Positions 1 to 9,853 of a stretch of 64,000 nucleotides of DNA are shown in pieces. Under the pieces are notes generated by a model. It saw nothing but the letters and a program-made list of their open reading frames with translations, ran no database searches and was not told where the DNA came from. A program made the position numbers and the translations under genes. The stretch comes from Polyangia bacterium (GTDB lineage: Bacteria > Myxococcota_A > Polyangia > Fen-1088), in assembly GCA_036267635.1 (NCBI GenBank), contig DATAVR010000017.1, positions 2,912 to 66,911 on the forward strand. The letters run 5' to 3'. Position 1 is the stretch's first letter; the number at the start of each line of letters is the position of its first letter.

Positions 1-76
1 CCGCGCGCCGACCCTCGGTCAAGCGGGCTCCCCGACGGTTTCTTTACAAAACCCCACCAGCGGCGAAGATCGCAAG

Positions 77-724
77 ATGAGGCGATGGTTGGCGCTCGGC
101 GTCGGCGCTGTCTGGATCACCACGGCCAGCTGCAGCGGCAGCTCGGGAACGGCGTGCGGGCAGGCGGCGCCCTGCGGCGGCAACGTGGTGGGGAGCTGGT
201 CGATCGTCGGGTCTTGTTTGTCGCCATCCGGGATGTTCTCCACCGACAGGGACGCTCTCTTCGGGCAGTTCTGTACCGGCGGCACCAACAGCTCCGCCGA
301 CGTCAAAGGGGACGACTCCACCACCTCCTGGGTCGGCGCCTGGTCCTTCAGCTCGACGATGACCTACACGGTTTCGATCCTGGCGAGCGTGCACGAGACG
401 TTCACCTGCGACGACGGCGAGACCTGCTCGGCGCTCGACAGTGCGATCAAGGCGGCCCAGAGCACCTATCCCACCATTCAATCGGCCGGCTGCGCGGCCG
501 CCGGCGGCAGCGGCGCCTGCAATTGCACCGTCGAATGGGCCTCCTTCAACGACGATTCCGGGACCTACGCCGACAACGGCACGGCGCTCTCGTTGGCGGC
601 GACCTCCGGTCTGCCGACCGCCCAGATCGGCTACTGCGTCCAGGGGAACACGATGCACTGGATCCCGACGGAGAGCGTCGCCTCCGGGCCACCGTTCCCC
701 GACATCGTGGCCGAGCGACAATGA
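77..724 (+). CDS. Cys-rich predicted lipoprotein, function unknown
   Basis: Hydrophobic N-terminus ending TASC (lipobox-like); CGG.VVG.W motif and many paired Cys typical of myxobacterial lipoproteins; the only plausible protein among the overlapping ORFs. Confidence 0.75.
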   Translation: MRRWLALGVGAVWITTASCSGSSGTACGQAAPCGGNVVGSWSIVGSCLSPSGMFSTDRDALFGQFCTGGTNSSADVKGDDSTTSWVGAWSFSSTMTYTVSILASVHETFTCDDGETCSALDSAIKAAQSTYPTIQSAGCAAAGGSGACNCTVEWASFNDDSGTYADNGTALSLAATSGLPTAQIGYCVQGNTMHWIPTESVASGPPFPDIVAERQ

Positions 725-758
725 CGCCCTGAGGCCGTGGGCCGGCCCTGCCGCGCCC

Positions 759-977
759 CTACCAGCCGAGCCGAACAGCCAGCCAGAGCGCGGCCAACAA
801 CCCGACGGCGATCAGCGCGTTCGCCAGCACACCGGAGACGAAGTACGGGTAGATGAGCATCGCCAGGCCGACCAGGATCTGCGGCACGCGCGCGAACTTG
901 CGCCCGTAGTTCAGCAGGATGAAGCCGACCGACGAGACGATCAGCGAGGCGATGATCCAGCCGGCGTCGAAGTGCAC
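759..977 (-). CDS. Small (72 aa) membrane protein
   Basis: Almost entirely hydrophobic, 2-3 TM segments; GTG start 6 nt downstream of a TATACT hexamer on the minus strand. Confidence 0.7.
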   Translation of the reverse strand: MHFDAGWIIASLIVSSVGFILLNYGRKFARVPQILVGLAMLIYPYFVSGVLANALIAVGLLAALWLAVRLGW

Positions 978-1011
978 GATCTGAGTATAAGCCGCCCCGG
1001 GGCCAAACGCT

Positions 1012-1473
1012 TCAGGCCATCCAGCGCGGGAAACGCGCCCGCAGGAGCGCGTCGAGGCCGAGGACGCGCCCGGGCGGCGCGACGAGGAAGACCACGAAGA
1101 TCGCCCCCATCAAGAGCGCGTTGCCCGGCGGCACCAGCCCCTGCCCGCTGCCGAAGGCGATCGAGAACAGCATGAGCGCGCCCAGAAATGCCGCGAGGCG
1201 GGTGAGGAGGCCGAGCAGCATCGACAGTCCGATCGAGAGCTCCCCGAGGGTGATGAGCGCGCCGAAGATCTTGGGGTGCGCCCGCGCCGTCTGGACGACC
1301 GGGACGAAGAACGCGTAGGTCTTGTTCGACTCGATCCAGCCGTCGAGCATGCCGAGCAGCGGCGTGCCGTGCAGCCATCCGTGCTGCAGCTTCCCCCAGC
1401 CTTCGAGGAGGAGAATCAACCCGCAGAAAATTCGCAGCGGAACCAGATATCCGAGCGGAATGCGCTCGCCCAT
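1012..1473 (-). CDS. DoxX/DoxD-family membrane protein
   Basis: LRIFCGL..L.EG.GKL, ELSIGL.LLLGLLTRLAA motifs and about 4 TM helices. Confidence 0.8.
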   Translation of the reverse strand: MGERIPLGYLVPLRIFCGLILLLEGWGKLQHGWLHGTPLLGMLDGWIESNKTYAFFVPVVQTARAHPKIFGALITLGELSIGLSMLLGLLTRLAAFLGALMLFSIAFGSGQGLVPPGNALLMGAIFVVFLVAPPGRVLGLDALLRARFPRWMA

Positions 1474-1560
1474 CCGCTCACCTTAGCGGGTCGCGCGGCT
1501 CCTGCAAGTTGTTCGCCGACCGGCGTGCAAGCGCCGTGGTCCAGGTGTTAACGTCCGGCC

Positions 1561-2553
1561 GTGACGGAGACCAAGCGACCGACCAGCCCGGAAGCGGAAG
1601 AGATCCTGGGACTTTATTTCCCCGTGCTCGATCACGGCTTCGTGTCGCTGGTCGACTACATGGGAACCGACGAGTGCGTCGAGCGCGCGGCGCGCGTCAG
1701 CTACGGCTACGGAACGCGGCAGCGCAGCGCCACGCGCGGGCTCCTGCGCTACCTGCGGCGCCACAAGCACACCACGCCCAGCGAGATGGTGGAGCTCAAG
1801 TTCCACTGCTGTATGCCCATGTTCATCGCGCGGCAATGGATCCGCCATCGGACGGCCAACGTGAACGAGTACTCCGGGCGTTACTCGCTGATGCCGATGC
1901 TGTTCTACACGCCGGACGCGGCGCAGCTGCAGACGCAGAGCCGCCAGAACAACCAGGGGCGCAGCGGCCAGGCGGTCGGCGCCGGCGTCCACGCCGAGGC
2001 GCTCCGGCGCTGGGAATCGATCCGCCGCGAGAGCACCGAGGCCTATTCGTGGCTGACCGGGAACGAGGTCGCGCGCGAGCTGGCCCGTATCGATCTGCCG
2101 CTCTCGACCTACACGCAGTGGTACTGGAAGATCGACCTGCACAACCTGCTCCACTTCCTGACCTTGCGCGTGGATGCGCACGCGCAGTGGGAGATCCAGG
2201 AGTACGGGCGCGTGATGGCCGGGATGCTCAAGCGCGTGGCGCCGCTGTCATACGAGGCCTGGATCGACTACGACGTCTGCGGGACACACGTCTCACGCGG
2301 CGAGCTCGAATCGCTGCGCGCGCTGGTCAAGATGGAGAACGACGGTCTCGTGTCGGCCGGCGGCCGGCTCGATCGCGCCGCGCTCGGCGAGCGGAATCTC
2401 TCCAAGCGCGAGATCGACGAGCTCTTCGCCAAGCTGGCGCCCTCGCCCGCCCTCCCCGACTTCAACCTCGACCCCGCCGCCGCCCGCCCCGCCGAGCACT
2501 TCGCCAAGCGCTTCGCAGAGGCAGTCCCGAGCGGCGAAAGACCTACCGAATAG
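1561..2553 (+). CDS. thyX: FAD-dependent thymidylate synthase ThyX
   Basis: RQWIRHRTANVNEYSGRY signature, H.TPSE, ELAR..LP...YT, NLLHFL.LR...HAQWEI. Confidence 0.95.
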   Translation: MTETKRPTSPEAEEILGLYFPVLDHGFVSLVDYMGTDECVERAARVSYGYGTRQRSATRGLLRYLRRHKHTTPSEMVELKFHCCMPMFIARQWIRHRTANVNEYSGRYSLMPMLFYTPDAAQLQTQSRQNNQGRSGQAVGAGVHAEALRRWESIRRESTEAYSWLTGNEVARELARIDLPLSTYTQWYWKIDLHNLLHFLTLRVDAHAQWEIQEYGRVMAGMLKRVAPLSYEAWIDYDVCGTHVSRGELESLRALVKMENDGLVSAGGRLDRAALGERNLSKREIDELFAKLAPSPALPDFNLDPAAARPAEHFAKRFAEAVPSGERPTE

Positions 2554-2559
2554 CCGCGC

Positions 2560-3210
2560 TCACTGCGCCAGGCAGCTTTGGCGTGGCGTGGCGCAGTCGG
2601 TTTGAAAGCAGGTGTTACAACCCGGCCCGCTCGCACCAGCACAGGCCGTCGCGCACTCGTTCGAGGCGCACGAGTCGATCCCCAACAGCAAGCCCGCCAC
2701 CGTCGGGGAAGCTGCCGTCGCGCAGGCGCACTTGCACGCGGCACCGGAGCCATTGGTGTTGCACGTCCCCTCGCAAGTATCGGTGGCGGCGCAGGTCGCT
2801 GAGCCGCTGGGGATGCCCCCACCGCCAGGGCAATCCGTAGCGGCGACAGCTTGGAAGTAGCACATGGCCAGCGCGTTACAGTCGCTGGCCGCGGCGCCCA
2901 GGCAGCTCTTGTAGCTGGCGCTGCTGGCTGTGCAGTCGGCGCTGCAGCTCGCGCTGGTGGTGACGCCGCACGAGGCGAACGTCGCGCAGGCGGCCGCGCA
3001 GAGCGCCTGATCATTGCCACCGCCCGCTCCGCCGTTGCCCGCCGCGCCGCCGCCATTTCCACCAGCTCCCACCACGCTGGACCCGCCCTGCCCCGCCACG
3101 GCCGCAATGCCGCCGCCACCACCGGCTGCGCTCCCGTCCGAGGCTCCGGTCTTACCCGCGCTGGAGCAGGCAGAGACAACCAGAGCTCCCACCAGCAACG
3201 CGCGCCTCAT
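2560..3210 (-). CDS. Cys-rich lipoprotein with Gly-rich linker
   Basis: Lipobox VSAC, Gly/Ala linker, C-terminal domain with about 22 Cys. Confidence 0.8.
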   Translation of the reverse strand: MRRALLVGALVVSACSSAGKTGASDGSAAGGGGGIAAVAGQGGSSVVGAGGNGGGAAGNGGAGGGNDQALCAAACATFASCGVTTSASCSADCTASSASYKSCLGAAASDCNALAMCYFQAVAATDCPGGGGIPSGSATCAATDTCEGTCNTNGSGAACKCACATAASPTVAGLLLGIDSCASNECATACAGASGPGCNTCFQTDCATPRQSCLAQ

Positions 3211-3265
3211 CCTCGCCGTCTAGCGCGACCGATCTGCCGATGACAAGAAACCTCGATCGCCTCAC

Positions 3266-4096
3266 TCAAGCCAACTGAGATGCACGGATCGCGACCGAGG
3301 AGCGGCGACGGACCCAAGCAACGACCAGCGCCGCGACGATGCCGACCGAGACCCACTGCGCCGTCGAGAGGCCGAGCGCTTGGCCGCGGTCGGGGTCACC
3401 CCGGAGAAACTCGATGGCGAAGCGACCGACGGCGTAGATGCCGAGGAACGTCGCGAACGCCCGCCCGTCGCGGCGACCGCGCGCGACCGAAACCGCGGAG
3501 AGCGCGGCCGCGAGCAGGCCGACGGCCGCCTCGTAAAGCTCGGTCGGGTGGACGGGCAGGCTGGGGGCGCCGCGCGGGACGAACCCACGACGCGCGTGAT
3601 CGAGCGCGGCCAGGCTGCCGGGCGGAAACCGAACGCCCCAGCCATGCGCGGTGGGGAGGCCGTAGTCGCACCCGGCCAGGAAGCAGCCGGTCCGCACCAG
3701 CGCGAAGGTGAGCCCGACGCCGATCGCGACCCGGTCGAAGAACGGCGCCAGCGGCTGCCGCGCGCGGTGGAGATAGAGCGCAGCGGCGCCGATCGCAAAC
3801 AGCAGCCCGCCGTACGCGGCCCGACCGGGATTCAAGACCGGGCGCCACGAGGCCGCGGCCACCGCCGCCGGGACCGCGCGCAGCGCTTCGAACAGGTAGC
3901 CGCCGCAGAGCGCCCCGACGTAGGCCGCGGCGATCGCGTAGCCGGTGTGCTTGCGCGAGCTGCGGTCGCGGGCCGCCAGGTGGAGGGCCAGCGCCGAGCC
4001 GATCAGCGTGGCGATCGACGCGAGCTGGAAGTATTCGGGCGCCAGCCAGGCTGGCAGCCCGTGGCGCATTAACCAGTCGACGAGCAACGGTCTCAT
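3266..4096 (-). CDS. lgt: Prolipoprotein diacylglyceryl transferase (Lgt family, probably a paralog)
   Basis: YGGL, R.GCFLAGC.YG, HPTELYE, RFAIEFLR motifs; start moved to ATG 4096, which overlaps the upstream stop (ATGA). Confidence 0.88.
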   Translation of the reverse strand: MRPLLVDWLMRHGLPAWLAPEYFQLASIATLIGSALALHLAARDRSSRKHTGYAIAAAYVGALCGGYLFEALRAVPAAVAAASWRPVLNPGRAAYGGLLFAIGAAALYLHRARQPLAPFFDRVAIGVGLTFALVRTGCFLAGCDYGLPTAHGWGVRFPPGSLAALDHARRGFVPRGAPSLPVHPTELYEAAVGLLAAALSAVSVARGRRDGRAFATFLGIYAVGRFAIEFLRGDPDRGQALGLSTAQWVSVGIVAALVVAWVRRRSSVAIRASQLA

Positions 4097-5121
4097 CGCC
4101 GCCGTCCGATCAGGAAACCGAGCGGCGCCAGCACCCAGACGATCGTGGCGGCGCGGGGGCGCTCGCGGCCGGGCGCCATCCGGCAACTGCCGTCGTCGGG
4201 CGGCGTGCTGCACGAGTCGTCAGATCCGTCGTCGGTGCTGCTGCAGGAGTCGTCCTCGCCGTCGCTGGTGTCGCAGCTGTCGCTCGACGCCGCGCAGCCG
4301 TCCGAGCCGGCTGCACAGGCGTCCCAGAAACTCGGGCCAGGCGGAGGCGGAGAAGGTGGTGGTGGTGGCAGCGGTGGCACAATGGTGCCCGCGTCGAAGG
4401 CCGGATAGGCCAGGTCGTCCGGCGCGCGGCCTCCGTCGAAGGATTCGATGGTTGCGGCCGGCGCGACCGCCGCCGGCGGCGAGGGGACGGCGGCAGAGGT
4501 GACATCGCCGGCCGCGCGCCCGGTCTGCACGTCTGGCGCCCCGCTGTCCCCGATCTCCGCGCCCGGCGCCAGCGCCACCAGCCAAGCGGCATTGACATAG
4601 ATGGTCTGGCCGATCGCGACGGCGCCGGCCGGCCAGCCGACGACCCGTTCGAGCCGACGCGCCCCGGACGCCTCGAGAATCGCGCGCAGTGGCGCCGCCG
4701 CCGCCCCCGACATCGCGCGCGCCTCGAGCGCCGCCGTGGTCGTCGCCACCTCGCCCTCGAGTGCCGGCAATGGATCCCCGTCGGCCGCGCCCGCCGTGGC
4801 CACGACTGTACGCGCGACGCCGTCGCCGATCGCGACGATCACCACCGCGTCGGCGCCCCGGCGTGCGCGGACGTCATCCAGCGCCGCGATCTCGGCGGCG
4901 GGGGTTTTGGCCTCGACGACCGTGTCGGCGGTGGCCTGCTCCGCAGCCGCGGCGTCGAACCGCGCTGCGAGGCGCTGGCGCGCCGAATCGCCCAGCTCGG
5001 CGACCACCGCCGGATCGGCGCGCAGAGCGTCCCGCAGCGGCAGCTCGTCGAGCGGCGGGGCCCCGTCTGCACACCCGACGACGACCAACAACGACAGCAA
5101 AGTCCACCGCACGCCAGGCAT
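4093..5121 (-). CDS. Lipoprotein with acidic Cys-rich segment and C-terminal MYXO-CTERM-like tail
   Basis: MPGVRWTLLSLLVVVGC lipobox; ends DDGSCRMAPGRERPRAATIVWVLAPLGFLIGRRR (Cys, spacer, hydrophobic helix, Arg cluster). Confidence 0.75.
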   Translation of the reverse strand: MPGVRWTLLSLLVVVGCADGAPPLDELPLRDALRADPAVVAELGDSARQRLAARFDAAAAEQATADTVVEAKTPAAEIAALDDVRARRGADAVVIVAIGDGVARTVVATAGAADGDPLPALEGEVATTTAALEARAMSGAAAAPLRAILEASGARRLERVVGWPAGAVAIGQTIYVNAAWLVALAPGAEIGDSGAPDVQTGRAAGDVTSAAVPSPPAAVAPAATIESFDGGRAPDDLAYPAFDAGTIVPPLPPPPPSPPPPGPSFWDACAAGSDGCAASSDSCDTSDGEDDSCSSTDDGSDDSCSTPPDDGSCRMAPGRERPRAATIVWVLAPLGFLIGRRR

Positions 5122-5256
5122 CGGCGCCCATCTACGCAAACACGGTGCCAGCGCAACGCCCCGATTTCCCGGCGAGCGCCCGCCAGGACCGTGACCGCAC
5201 GACGACACACGCGACGCCGGGTGAGGCGCCCTGAACGTGCGACGTGCGGGGGTCGG

Positions 5257-6108
5257 TCAGATCGTGACCAGCTCGCGGACGACGAAGGCGCCGTCCTTGT
5301 CGACGCCGAGGCGTCCGGCGGCGTGGTCGCGATCGTGACCCCAGACGAGCAGCCAGTCCTCGGCGAGGGCGCGGGTGAAGAGAGCGCGCTTGGTCTCGAC
5401 GGTCCGCGCCGGCTCGAGGTCGTAGCTCATCACCCAGGGGAGACGCACGTGCACGGCGGTCGGCACCACGTCGCCGAGGAACAGCGCTTTCGGGCCGTCG
5501 GGCGGCCCGATGAGGATCGATTGGTGGCCGGCGGTGTGGCCGGGCGTCGGAATCACGCGCACGCCGGGGGCGATCTCCGTTTCGCCGTCGACGAGCTGTA
5601 ACAGGCCCGCCTCGCCGAGCGGGCCGACATTTTCCTGCAGATAGCTGGCGCGGTTGCGCTCGTGGGGGTGGGTGGCGTCCTCCCACTCGCGCTTCTGGAT
5701 GACGTGGCGGGCCTTGCGAAACACGGGCGTGATGGCGCCCGACGCCGTCCGCCGCGTCGTCCCGCCGCTGTGATCGAAGTGGAGGTGGGTCATCACCACC
5801 GTGTCGATGTCGTCGGGACCGAGGCCAACCTCTTTCAGCGCCGCGCCGATCGCGCGGTCGTGGTCGATGCCGTAGATCTCCTTCAGCTTGGGCGAGAACT
5901 TGTCGCCGTTGCCGGTCTCGACCAGCACCCGACGGCCGCCGGTCTCGATGAGCAGGCAGCGCGTGCTGTATTGGCAGCGGTTGAGCGCGTCGCACGACAC
6001 CAGCTTGGACCAGAGGGTCTTCGGCACCACCCCGTGCATGGCGCCACCGTCGAGACGAAAGCTGCCGCCGTCGAGCGAGGTGATCCGTGCGTCTCCCAGC
6101 GTGAGCAC
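5257..6108 (-). CDS. MBL-fold metallo-hydrolase (YtnP-like)
   Basis: THLHFDHSGG, GHTAGH, GD motifs; F.LDGGAMHGVVPK.LW N-terminus typical of the YtnP group. Confidence 0.9.
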   Translation of the reverse strand: MLTLGDARITSLDGGSFRLDGGAMHGVVPKTLWSKLVSCDALNRCQYSTRCLLIETGGRRVLVETGNGDKFSPKLKEIYGIDHDRAIGAALKEVGLGPDDIDTVVMTHLHFDHSGGTTRRTASGAITPVFRKARHVIQKREWEDATHPHERNRASYLQENVGPLGEAGLLQLVDGETEIAPGVRVIPTPGHTAGHQSILIGPPDGPKALFLGDVVPTAVHVRLPWVMSYDLEPARTVETKRALFTRALAEDWLLVWGHDRDHAAGRLGVDKDGAFVVRELVTI

Positions 6109-6193
6109 GCAGCGATCTTACCGCACCGACGGCCCCGTGCGACCCGCGCGGGTTGAAACGGCGTGGTGCTGCGCGGTGATATCCTGCGCGGGG

Positions 6194-7240
6194 ATGGCGG
6201 TCTGGCTGGCACTGGTCGCGCTGCTCGCGCTCGATCCTGGCGTCGGAGCTGCGCCTCGGCCCCGGTCCGACGTCCGCTTCCTCAAAGGTCAGCTCCATCT
6301 GCACTCGAATCGGTCGGGCGACAGCGACACGCCGCCCGGGGAGGTCGTCCGCTGGTACGCCGCGCATGGCTACGACTTCATCGTGTTCACCGACCACAAC
6401 CGGATCACCGCGCCGCCGTCGACGCCGGCGATGCTCGTCGTGCCCGGCGTCGAGCTGACCCAGAACAGCGACCGCTGTGTGCCGGCGCCGCCGCCCGGAC
6501 GCAAGTGCCTGCTCCACGTCAACGCGCTGTTCGTGACGCCGCCGGCGCTCGGCCTCATTCCCTGGGGCCTCCCCGCCTCCTCGAGCCGCGCCGCGATCTA
6601 CGGTCGGGCGATCGCGGCGGCGCACCGGATGGGCGGCCTGGCCCAGCTCAACCACCCGAATTTCCACTACGGCGCGGATGGCCCGCTGGTCGCCGCGCTC
6701 GCGCGCCAGGGCCTGACGTTGCTGGAGATCGCCAATCAGTCGTGGGACTCGAACGACATCCCCGACGAAAAGGGGCGCCCGACCTCCGAGGCGATCTGGG
6801 ACGCGGCGCTCACCGCGGGCGCCACCGTGTACGGCACCGCGACCGACGACGCCCACCACTACTTCGACGCCCGCGCGGCAGCCGCCCGGGGCGAGCCGGT
6901 GTTTCCGGGCGACCTCGGCTTCGTGATGGTGCGGGCGCGCAAGGACCCGGGCGCGATCCGCGACGCGCTGGCGCGCGGCGACTTCTACGCCTCCACCGGC
7001 GTGCTGCTGGCGCGCGTCGAGCACGACGCCGAGACGCTCACCATCGAGGTCGACGCCCGCGCGCCCGGCAACCACCGCTTCACCTTCATCGGCGCGGGCG
7101 GCAAGACGCTCGCCACGGCCGAGGGGCGCGCCGCCAGCTTCTCGCTCGGCCGCGTGCGCGGCGGCTACCTGCGCGCCGTCGTCACCGATCGCGCCGGCCA
7201 CAAGGCCTGGACGCAACCGATCCGGCTCGCCGCGCCCTGA
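6194..7240 (+). CDS. Secreted PHP-family (CehA/McbA-like) metallohydrolase
   Basis: Signal peptide; KGQLHLHS..SGD, FTDHN, H.N, NHP, TDDAH metal ligands. Start trimmed to ATG 6194. Confidence 0.8.
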   Translation: MAVWLALVALLALDPGVGAAPRPRSDVRFLKGQLHLHSNRSGDSDTPPGEVVRWYAAHGYDFIVFTDHNRITAPPSTPAMLVVPGVELTQNSDRCVPAPPPGRKCLLHVNALFVTPPALGLIPWGLPASSSRAAIYGRAIAAAHRMGGLAQLNHPNFHYGADGPLVAALARQGLTLLEIANQSWDSNDIPDEKGRPTSEAIWDAALTAGATVYGTATDDAHHYFDARAAAARGEPVFPGDLGFVMVRARKDPGAIRDALARGDFYASTGVLLARVEHDAETLTIEVDARAPGNHRFTFIGAGGKTLATAEGRAASFSLGRVRGGYLRAVVTDRAGHKAWTQPIRLAAP

Positions 7241-7294
7241 GGCCGGCTCCGCCGGCGGCCGCTCCCCGCCGGTTCGCCTTCGTGATACTGGTGG

Positions 7295-8692
7295 ATGGTC
7301 GTGTTGCAGGCGCCGATTCCGGCGGACGAGGTGAAGCGGCTGGCGCTGTTGGCGGCCTGCAACATCATCTACACGCCGGCGGAGCAGGCCTTCGACGACG
7401 TGGCGCGCCTGGCCGCCGATCTCTGCGGGACGGAGATTGCGCTCATCACCCTGGTCGACTCCGACTACCAGTGGTTCAAGGCGCGCGTCGGCGTCGAGCT
7501 GGTGGGGACGCCGCGCGACCTGTCGTTTTGCGGCCACTGCATCAACGGCCACCACCCGCTGGTCGTCGAGGACACGCTCTGCGACCGGCGCTTCGCCGAC
7601 AACCCCCTGGTCACCGGCGAGCCCCGCATTCGCTTCTACGCCGGCGTTCCACTGGAGATCGAGCCTGGGTCGGCGGTGGGCGCGCTGTCGGTGGCCGACC
7701 GTTCGCCGCGCACGCTCACCGAGCGGCAGCTCGAGTCGCTGCGCCGGCTGGCCAAGCAGATCGCGCGCGAGCTCGGCCTCCGTCGCGATCTGGAGAAGGC
7801 GGGCGCGATGACGCCGCTGCCCGACACGCTGATCGCCCCCGGCGCGCTCGTCGGCGGGCGCTGGCGGATGGGGCGAGAGCTCGGGCGCGGCGCCGTCGGG
7901 GTGGTCTACGAGGCGCACGATCGCGATGGGCAACGCGCGGCGGTCAAGTTCCTGCTGCCCGAGTGGCGCGCGCAGGAGGAGGTGCTGGAGCGGTTCGCGC
8001 GCGAGGCGCGCGTGCTCATGCGCCTCGACACGCCGCACGTGGGCCGGCTGCTCGACGTGGGCAACCTCGACGCCGGCCTCGGCGGCGTGCCCTACCTGGT
8101 GCTCGAGTACCTCGAAGGCAAGGACCTCGGCGACGTCATCCGCGACGTCGGGCAGGTGCCGATCCCGCAGGCGGTCCGCTGGTGCGCCGACGCTTGCGAC
8201 GGGGTCGCCCAGGCCCACGAGGTCGGCGTGGTCCATCGCGACCTCAAACCTTCCAATGTCTTCCTGGCCGACACCGGGGGCCGCGAGGCGGTGGTGAAGG
8301 TGCTCGACTTCGGGCTGGCGGCCGGCGATCCGTCGCCCGACAACGCGACCAAGCTGACCGGCAACTACGTGATCGGGTCGCCGGCCTACATGGCCCCGGA
8401 GCAGATGGTCGCCTCGAGCAGCGTCGACGCCCGCGGCGACGTCTGGTCGATGGGGGTCGTGCTCTACGAGCTCCTCTCGGGACAGCTTCCCTTCTCGGGC
8501 CATACGCCGCTCGAGATGTTCGCCGCGGTCATGACCCGACCGCCGATCCCGCTCGCCGCCCACTTCGAGGGCGGCCTGCCGCCAGCCGTGGAGGCCGTCG
8601 TCAACAGGTGCCTGCAGAAGGACCGCGCCGAGCGCTATTCCTCCATGCCGGCGCTGGCCCGCGACCTGCGCGCGCTCGCCGGCGCGGCGTAG
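7295..8692 (+). CDS. GAF domain fused to Hanks-type Ser/Thr protein kinase
   Basis: N-terminal GAF (FDDVARLAA..CG..IALITLVD...QWFKAR.G, RFYAGVPL); kinase motifs GRGAVGVV, AVK, HRDLKPSN, DFG, YMAPE, DVWSMG. Confidence 0.9.
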   Translation: MVVLQAPIPADEVKRLALLAACNIIYTPAEQAFDDVARLAADLCGTEIALITLVDSDYQWFKARVGVELVGTPRDLSFCGHCINGHHPLVVEDTLCDRRFADNPLVTGEPRIRFYAGVPLEIEPGSAVGALSVADRSPRTLTERQLESLRRLAKQIARELGLRRDLEKAGAMTPLPDTLIAPGALVGGRWRMGRELGRGAVGVVYEAHDRDGQRAAVKFLLPEWRAQEEVLERFAREARVLMRLDTPHVGRLLDVGNLDAGLGGVPYLVLEYLEGKDLGDVIRDVGQVPIPQAVRWCADACDGVAQAHEVGVVHRDLKPSNVFLADTGGREAVVKVLDFGLAAGDPSPDNATKLTGNYVIGSPAYMAPEQMVASSSVDARGDVWSMGVVLYELLSGQLPFSGHTPLEMFAAVMTRPPIPLAAHFEGGLPPAVEAVVNRCLQKDRAERYSSMPALARDLRALAGAA

Positions 8693-8696
8693 CCCG

Positions 8697-9842
8697 CTAC
8701 GGCGTCGCGACGGTGGCCGCGGGGCTGTCGGGCGCGGGGGGCGGTGGCGCGGCGACGTCGACCGGCAGCGGAGCCGGCGGCGTGGCGGGCGCGGCCGCGA
8801 TCGGCTCCTGGGCCGATCTCGGCACGACGGGGATCGGCGGCGCCGCGGGCCCCGCCGGGACCAGCGGAGGAGCCGCGGGCGAGGCCGATGTCGAAGCTGC
8901 CGCGGAAGCCGGCGCAGAAGTCGTCATCGACGCCACGCGGGCGCCCGGCGACAGCTTCTGCGGGTGGCTGATGATCCAGTCGGCGACGCGCGCCACGTCG
9001 CCGAAGCGGGTCATCTTCCCGTCGTCGCCGAGGAACGCCATGTAGTAGTTGCGGCCGTCGATCTTGGTCGCCACCACCAGGCAGTAGCGGGCCTCGTCGT
9101 TGTAGCCGGTCTTGCCGCCCAGCACCTGGACGTTGCCGCGCGCCGCCGGGTGGTTGGTGTTGTTGTAGTGAATCGGCGGCTTGCCGACCGGATGCGCGTC
9201 GTACTCGGCGCGCCGGGTGATCGCCGCCAGCGTCGGGTTGGCCATCACCGCCCTCAAAAGGGCGATGATCTCGCGCGGGGTCGAGACGTTCCCCGTCGAG
9301 AGGCCCGTCGGCTCGTGGAAGCGCGTGCTCTTGAGCCCCAGCGCGTGCGCCTTGGCGTTCATCGCCGTCGTCAGCTGCGCGGGGGTGAGCTTCACCGACC
9401 GCCCCAGCGCCGGGATGGCCCGGTTGTCCGAGCCCATCAGCGCCGAATGCAGCAGATCGCGGTTGGAGAGCGTCATCCCCTCGAACAGCCGCGAGCGCGC
9501 CCCACCCTTGGCGACCTCGATGTCGTTCTTGTTGATCGTCGACAGCCCTTCGAGCTCGACCCCTTTTTCCGCCACCACCAGCGTCGCCGCCAGCTTGGAG
9601 ATCGAGGCGATCGGGCGCTCCTTGTCGGCGTTCTTGGCGAACACCGCGCGTCCCCCCTCGTCGATCACCAGCGCCGCTTGCGCCTGGACGTTGGGGAGCC
9701 CGCCCCGCGTGGCCGCGACCGGCCGCTCACGCTCGACGTGCTTGCGGCGCTTCACCGCGTGGCGGGCAAACGCGTTCCCGCTCAAGAGCACGACCGCCAG
9801 AGCGGCGGCCAAGGCCCCGGCGGGCCGATTGAGGCGCCCCAT
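8697..9842 (-). CDS. pbpG: Peptidase S11 D-alanyl-D-alanine endo/carboxypeptidase (PBP7-like) with Pro/Ala-rich tail
   Basis: SxxK (ASISKL), SxN (SDN), KTG motifs; GAGGTG SD before ATG 9842. Confidence 0.83.
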   Translation of the reverse strand: MGRLNRPAGALAAALAVVLLSGNAFARHAVKRRKHVERERPVAATRGGLPNVQAQAALVIDEGGRAVFAKNADKERPIASISKLAATLVVAEKGVELEGLSTINKNDIEVAKGGARSRLFEGMTLSNRDLLHSALMGSDNRAIPALGRSVKLTPAQLTTAMNAKAHALGLKSTRFHEPTGLSTGNVSTPREIIALLRAVMANPTLAAITRRAEYDAHPVGKPPIHYNNTNHPAARGNVQVLGGKTGYNDEARYCLVVATKIDGRNYYMAFLGDDGKMTRFGDVARVADWIISHPQKLSPGARVASMTTSAPASAAASTSASPAAPPLVPAGPAAPPIPVVPRSAQEPIAAAPATPPAPLPVDVAAPPPPAPDSPAATVATP

Positions 9843-9853
9843 CACCTCGACAG

